Assembly: GCA_027623195.1 (NCBI GenBank)
Contig: JAQBUT010000001.1
Coordinates: 96,001 to 160,000, forward strand
Reading direction: 5' to 3'
DNA from: Chloroflexota bacterium
GTDB lineage: Bacteria > Chloroflexota > Dehalococcoidia > Lucifugimonadales > JADFKI01
DNA length: 64,000 nt
Made by a program: the position numbers and the translations under genes. Of this stretch, positions 60,400-64,000 are shown in pieces; position 1 is the first letter of the stretch; every line of letters starts with the position of its first letter. Under the pieces are notes generated by a model that searched no databases, was not told where the DNA came from, and was given only the letters and a program-made list of their open reading frames with translations.

Positions 60400-60516
60400 G
60401 ATCTCCGGGTTTATCGGTATTCTGGCGAAATAACGGCGCCTGAACTTCTAGCGTCTCGAGGATTAATTAACCCCCATCCGGCAATTACCCAAGGCATTCC
60501 AATGGAGAACTGATAA

Positions 60517-60681
60517 ATGGAGACTGCGCTGGTCGCGTCCATCATCAGGCACCACTTCTGGCATGTAGCAGACCCGCAGGAGGCCGGGGTCGAAAGGCGC
60601 GACTTCGAGAAAAACATGGCGCTTATCGGCACATGCCTTCTCATAGCCTTCTTTGGCTCAGGGCCTTACAGCCTGCACTAG
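60517..60681 (+). pseudogene. C-terminal fragment of a DoxX-family membrane protein
   Basis: Manual translation METALVASIIRHHFWHVADPQEAGVERRDFEKNMALIGTCLLIAFFGSGPYSLH* matches the H.FW...F.KN.AL.G...G.G.YSL pattern; the N-terminal half is absent. Confidence 0.65.
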
Positions 60682-60700
60682 CTTGCCCTTTGTCCACGCA

Positions 60701-60740
60701 AACCGGCCTCCCAGGATTTTAATATCCTGGAAGGCCGGTT
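60701..60740. terminator. Long hairpin between convergent genes
   Basis: aaccggcct-c-ccaggat...atcctgg-a-aggccggtt. Confidence 0.7.
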
Positions 60741-60762
60741 CTATTAGAGTGTCAGAATTGGG

Positions 60763-61659
60763 TTAGTTAGATACTGGAACAGGTATACCCGGAATTTTCA
60801 TCTGTATGCGCCCCATAGTGCGCCACGTTGTATAGAAAAGCGTTGTCCAGTCATCGCCGCCCCACGCCATGTTGGTAGTAGTGTCCTCACCGTGCACGAC
60901 GGTTCCCAGGTGTTTGCCCGTTGGGTCCATCACCCAGATTCCGCCGGACCCGCCGCAGTACACGTTTCCTTCCACATCCACCTTCATGCCGTCTGGCACG
61001 CCCGGACGATCTCCAGACAGGTCGCAGAACACGCGGTCCGTCGCCAACGCTAACATGCCGTTGGGCTGCATATCGAATGCCCTTATGTGTCTCCTGCGGG
61101 TGTCGTTGATATAAAGACTGCTTTCGTCAGGCGAGAAGGCCAGCCCATTAGGCACAATGAAATCACCGATAAGGAGCGTCTGCGTGCCAAGGTCGGGTGT
61201 GACGCGATAGACGCCTGAGAAATCCAGATCCAGCCCCGCATCTGGCGCGCCGGGATCCGAAAAGTAAATGCACCCGTCGGACTTCACCACGGCGTCGTTG
61301 GGCCGGTTGAAGCGGGCGCCACGGTGGTTATTGGCAATGACCGTAATGCTACCGTCGTGCTCCTGCCTCGTGACGCGACGGGCCCCATGCTCACAGGCAA
61401 TTAGCCTTCCTTGCAGGTCGCGCGTGAGGCCGTTAGCCTGGTTAGTCCCTTGCTGGAACACGGTTGCACCCTCTCCGGGAGCCCATTTCATGCGTCTGTC
61501 CTGACCGATGTCGCTGAAAAGGAGGTACCCGCCCTCCTTCCACCATAGCGGCCCCTCGGCTGGCCACCTGTCGGCTGCCAGTCCGTCTGCTAACTGCTCC
61601 ACTTCGGCATCAGCTGAAACGATGCGCTCTAGTTCTGCTGAGTTTTGTTCGATAGGCAA
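60763..61659 (-). CDS. SMP-30/gluconolactonase/LRE-family protein
   Basis: AEGPLW, LLFSDI, ANGLT, NRPND, PNGLAFSPDE, PDGMKVD. Confidence 0.93.
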   Translation of the reverse strand: MPIEQNSAELERIVSADAEVEQLADGLAADRWPAEGPLWWKEGGYLLFSDIGQDRRMKWAPGEGATVFQQGTNQANGLTRDLQGRLIACEHGARRVTRQEHDGSITVIANNHRGARFNRPNDAVVKSDGCIYFSDPGAPDAGLDLDFSGVYRVTPDLGTQTLLIGDFIVPNGLAFSPDESSLYINDTRRRHIRAFDMQPNGMLALATDRVFCDLSGDRPGVPDGMKVDVEGNVYCGGSGGIWVMDPTGKHLGTVVHGEDTTTNMAWGGDDWTTLFYTTWRTMGRIQMKIPGIPVPVSN

Positions 61660-61948
61660 GGTTGTCCTCCTGATTTAATGAGACCACTGTGTCTTCCCCA
61701 GTATGTCTGGTTTACTCAGTGGCCAAGTTTGCGGCAATTATATGGCCTCATGGCTTAGATTGCAGCCTGGCAATTCAAAGAGCGCCGTGACGCCCACGAT
61801 GATCCCTAACCAGCACGTGAAGCCCCTCACGATTTCCTCATGGTGATTCCAATATCGTGTTCATAATGCGGGGAGTAGGCTCTTGAATTTCGAGCCTCGG
61901 AAAATGGACGCAGGCAAGGTGAAGGCGCATAGAAGAAGGAGAGTGAGC

Positions 61949-63121
61949 ATGGCTTCTGTTACCTATATGGCTTGGCCCGAAAACGTGAGGATGTCCTACC
62001 ACATCAGTCGCATTATTGGTCTATGCGAATTCGGTGCGGCAGACTTCACTGAGATATACCAGGCGGTGTTGCGCATTGATCCAACGGACGACGCCAGTTG
62101 GAACCGCGAGTGGCTCCGCATGGCAAATCTGGTGGAGGAGATGGCTGAGGAAGCCGAAGCCTACAGCAACTGGAGTTCGGCTCGATTCGCGTACCAGCGG
62201 GCGTCAAACTATTACCGCCTGGCCCAGGACGTGTTGGATCCTGACGACCCGAATAAGCTGCCCCAGTTGTGGAAGGCCAGGGAGCATTTCCTGAAATGCC
62301 TGCCGTACCAAGAGGCGAAGGCAGAGGTCGTGGACATACCTTACGAGACCACGAATCTCACCGGTTTTTTTGTTCACGCGCGGTGGGGTGAGGGCCCTGC
62401 GCCGACGCTTATATGGCTCTGCGGCGCTGATTCGCTTTCTGAGGAAAACTACTTCAATATGGGCATACAGGCGGCTGACAACGGCTACAACGCGCTGTTC
62501 TACGATCACCCCGGGCCAGGTCTTGCTCTTTACCAGCAGGGTCTGGGAACACGATATGACACTGAGGCGTACGTAACCCCGGCGGTGGACTACCTGCTGA
62601 CGCGCACCGAAGTAGATGCTTCACGAATAGCTATGGGCGGCCCTAGCTTCGCCGCTTACCACGTCTCTCGGGCAGCGGCGTTCGAGCAACGGCTGGCTGC
62701 GGCAGTCTCCGCCGGCGCAACGTACGAGTGGGGCGGAACCCAAGCGCTCACTGGAGGCCACGCCAAAAGAATGCACAAGCTGTTCGGCGCTGCTAACGAC
62801 GCGGAGTTCGAGGAGATTCGTTCTCGCTTTAAGCTGGGCGACGTGTTGGGAAAGATCACGTGCCCGTTCTTGGCCATCGTTGGCGTCGACGACTTCGTGC
62901 AGTTCCCAGCGTCCACCGCCATTAAGGTCATCAAAGGGGTGGGCTCGGCTGTCAAGAAAGCGATAGTCATCGAACGCGACAACGAGCTAGGCGGGGTGTT
63001 GCATTGCCAGAAGGACAACCTGCACCTCGTCCAAGCCGAGATTTTCAACTGGCTAAACGACGTTTTGGGTCACGCGCTACCCAGACCCCATCTAATGATG
63101 GCGGAAGCAGTGGCAGTCTGA
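61949..63121 (+). CDS. Alpha/beta hydrolase (FrsA / 2,6-dihydropseudooxynicotine hydrolase-like)
   Basis: RASNYYR, IPYE, GADS..EE, DHPGPG, GPSFAAY, RAAAFE, HCQ. Start trimmed to ATG 61949 after AGGAG. Confidence 0.82.
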   Translation: MASVTYMAWPENVRMSYHISRIIGLCEFGAADFTEIYQAVLRIDPTDDASWNREWLRMANLVEEMAEEAEAYSNWSSARFAYQRASNYYRLAQDVLDPDDPNKLPQLWKAREHFLKCLPYQEAKAEVVDIPYETTNLTGFFVHARWGEGPAPTLIWLCGADSLSEENYFNMGIQAADNGYNALFYDHPGPGLALYQQGLGTRYDTEAYVTPAVDYLLTRTEVDASRIAMGGPSFAAYHVSRAAAFEQRLAAAVSAGATYEWGGTQALTGGHAKRMHKLFGAANDAEFEEIRSRFKLGDVLGKITCPFLAIVGVDDFVQFPASTAIKVIKGVGSAVKKAIVIERDNELGGVLHCQKDNLHLVQAEIFNWLNDVLGHALPRPHLMMAEAVAV

Positions 63122-63159
63122 TCACTGTCTAACCGGGCATTCATACAGAGCATGACTTA

Positions 63160-63192
63160 ACAGGGCCCATGCGCATGCCGCATGGGCCCTGT
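63160..63192. terminator. Hairpin between convergent genes
   Basis: acagggcccatgcg-catgc-cgcatgggccctgt, a perfect 14-bp stem. Confidence 0.7.
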
Positions 63193-63241
63193 CGGGTGTG
63201 ACAAAGGAAAACCGATAGGAATCGGTGAGGCTGGAGCCAGA

Positions 63242-63580
63242 TCAGTCGGCCAGAGGCACCGTCATGGAGAGGCGGGGGCCGCCGCCAATTACTGCCGTGG
63301 TGTGGCCCTGGCCTGTGGTGTCTTCCGCAACCAGGACGTCGCCCACTCCAAACCGGCGCTTCGTGCCATCCCCAACGATGATCTCCATTTCACCAGACAG
63401 GGTTACGACGTACTGGTTTTGCGGGGCGTGGTGCCAGTCGCTAAAGTAGCCCGCCTCGAATAGGCGAAACATCACGCCTTTGGCGGCCTGCATGGTCGTC
63501 AGGTTAGGGTGAGAATCCAAAGTCAGCTCCTCGAAATGGGACTGCCCGTCATCGCCGGTGTATAGTCTTACAATTGCCAA
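63242..63580 (-). CDS. Cupin-domain protein
   Basis: RLYTGDDGQSHFEE, WHHAP..QYVVTLSG.MEI, EDTTGQGH. Confidence 0.85.
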   Translation of the reverse strand: MAIVRLYTGDDGQSHFEELTLDSHPNLTTMQAAKGVMFRLFEAGYFSDWHHAPQNQYVVTLSGEMEIIVGDGTKRRFGVGDVLVAEDTTGQGHTTAVIGGGPRLSMTVPLAD

Positions 63581-63635
63581 TATCTTTTCTCCTAATTTCA
63601 GTCGTTAAATCGCTCTACCTGTTGCCCTCGAGGGA

Positions 63636-64000
63636 TCAATCTCTTCTTTGCGCCCTGGGTATGAGCAGCGTGTTGACCATCAGCCGCATACCCTTGTCTT
63701 CGGTGTCCTTGTGGGCACTCCCAATGGCGAACAGAACGTTTCCAGCTACCGTTTCCTGATAGAACCACGTGGAAAGCGTGTTCGAGTCCGCTTCCTCCTG
63801 ACCTGGCTGTGCTGTGGCCGCTTCAAAGTAGTAGGCCTTCAGGTCTTCAATAGCAAGCTTCAGCAGCGCGGGAGAGGTGAGGTCTCCTTTGGATTCAGGG
63901 ATGCTACCGTCCTGAAATTCCGCGACGAAAGAACCCATAGATTCTGGGTCCATGCCGCTAACGCCAACAGTGGTCCGATTGCGGTTATTCACCGCGCGGT
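63636..64000 (-). CDS. Hypothetical protein, 3' part only (frame open to the window end)
   Basis: RTTVGVSG...EDLKAYYFEAATAQPG...WFYQETVAG; no stop between 63992 and 64000 in this frame. Confidence 0.7.
   Translation of the reverse strand, partial: RAVNNRNRTTVGVSGMDPESMGSFVAEFQDGSIPESKGDLTSPALLKLAIEDLKAYYFEAATAQPGQEEADSNTLSTWFYQETVAGNVLFAIGSAHKDTEDKGMRLMVNTLLIPRAQRRD

Overview
A 64 kb bacterial chromosomal segment, GC-rich in coding regions and about 90% coding by eye. The gene content points to Chloroflexota, class Dehalococcoidia, probably SAR202-like (inference from cofE, a luciferase-like monooxygenase, an SMP-30 lactonase, long-form thiE, a translin-like gene and a degenerate REP-like repeat). 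Most of the window is housekeeping and metabolism: 5' end of glpK, tenA, cofE, folB, valS, polX, secA, prs, tsaE/tsaB, ndk, rsfS, mnmA, rnhB, yraN, thiE, hppA and tRNA-Leu(TAA). Five things stand out. (1) A W/Mo formate/aldehyde cluster: fhs, moeA, moeA-PBP, mobA, moaD, AOR, nuoE-like, nuoF-like, fdhA. (2) An AT-rich 651-bp cassette inside that cluster, encoding a PD-(D/E)xK-like nuclease and flanked by 7-bp direct repeats exactly at the nuoF-stop/fdhA-start junction. (3) A MEMO1-family protein with an N-terminal PqqD/RRE-like domain. (4) A bacterial translin/TRAX-like gene. (5) A decaying accessory region after tRNA-Leu containing four broken genes. Several structured 5' leaders (secA, prs, fhs, hppA) are candidate cis-regulatory RNAs. 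No CRISPR array, rRNA, integrase or transposase was seen. All calls are by motif recognition only; no database searches were run.
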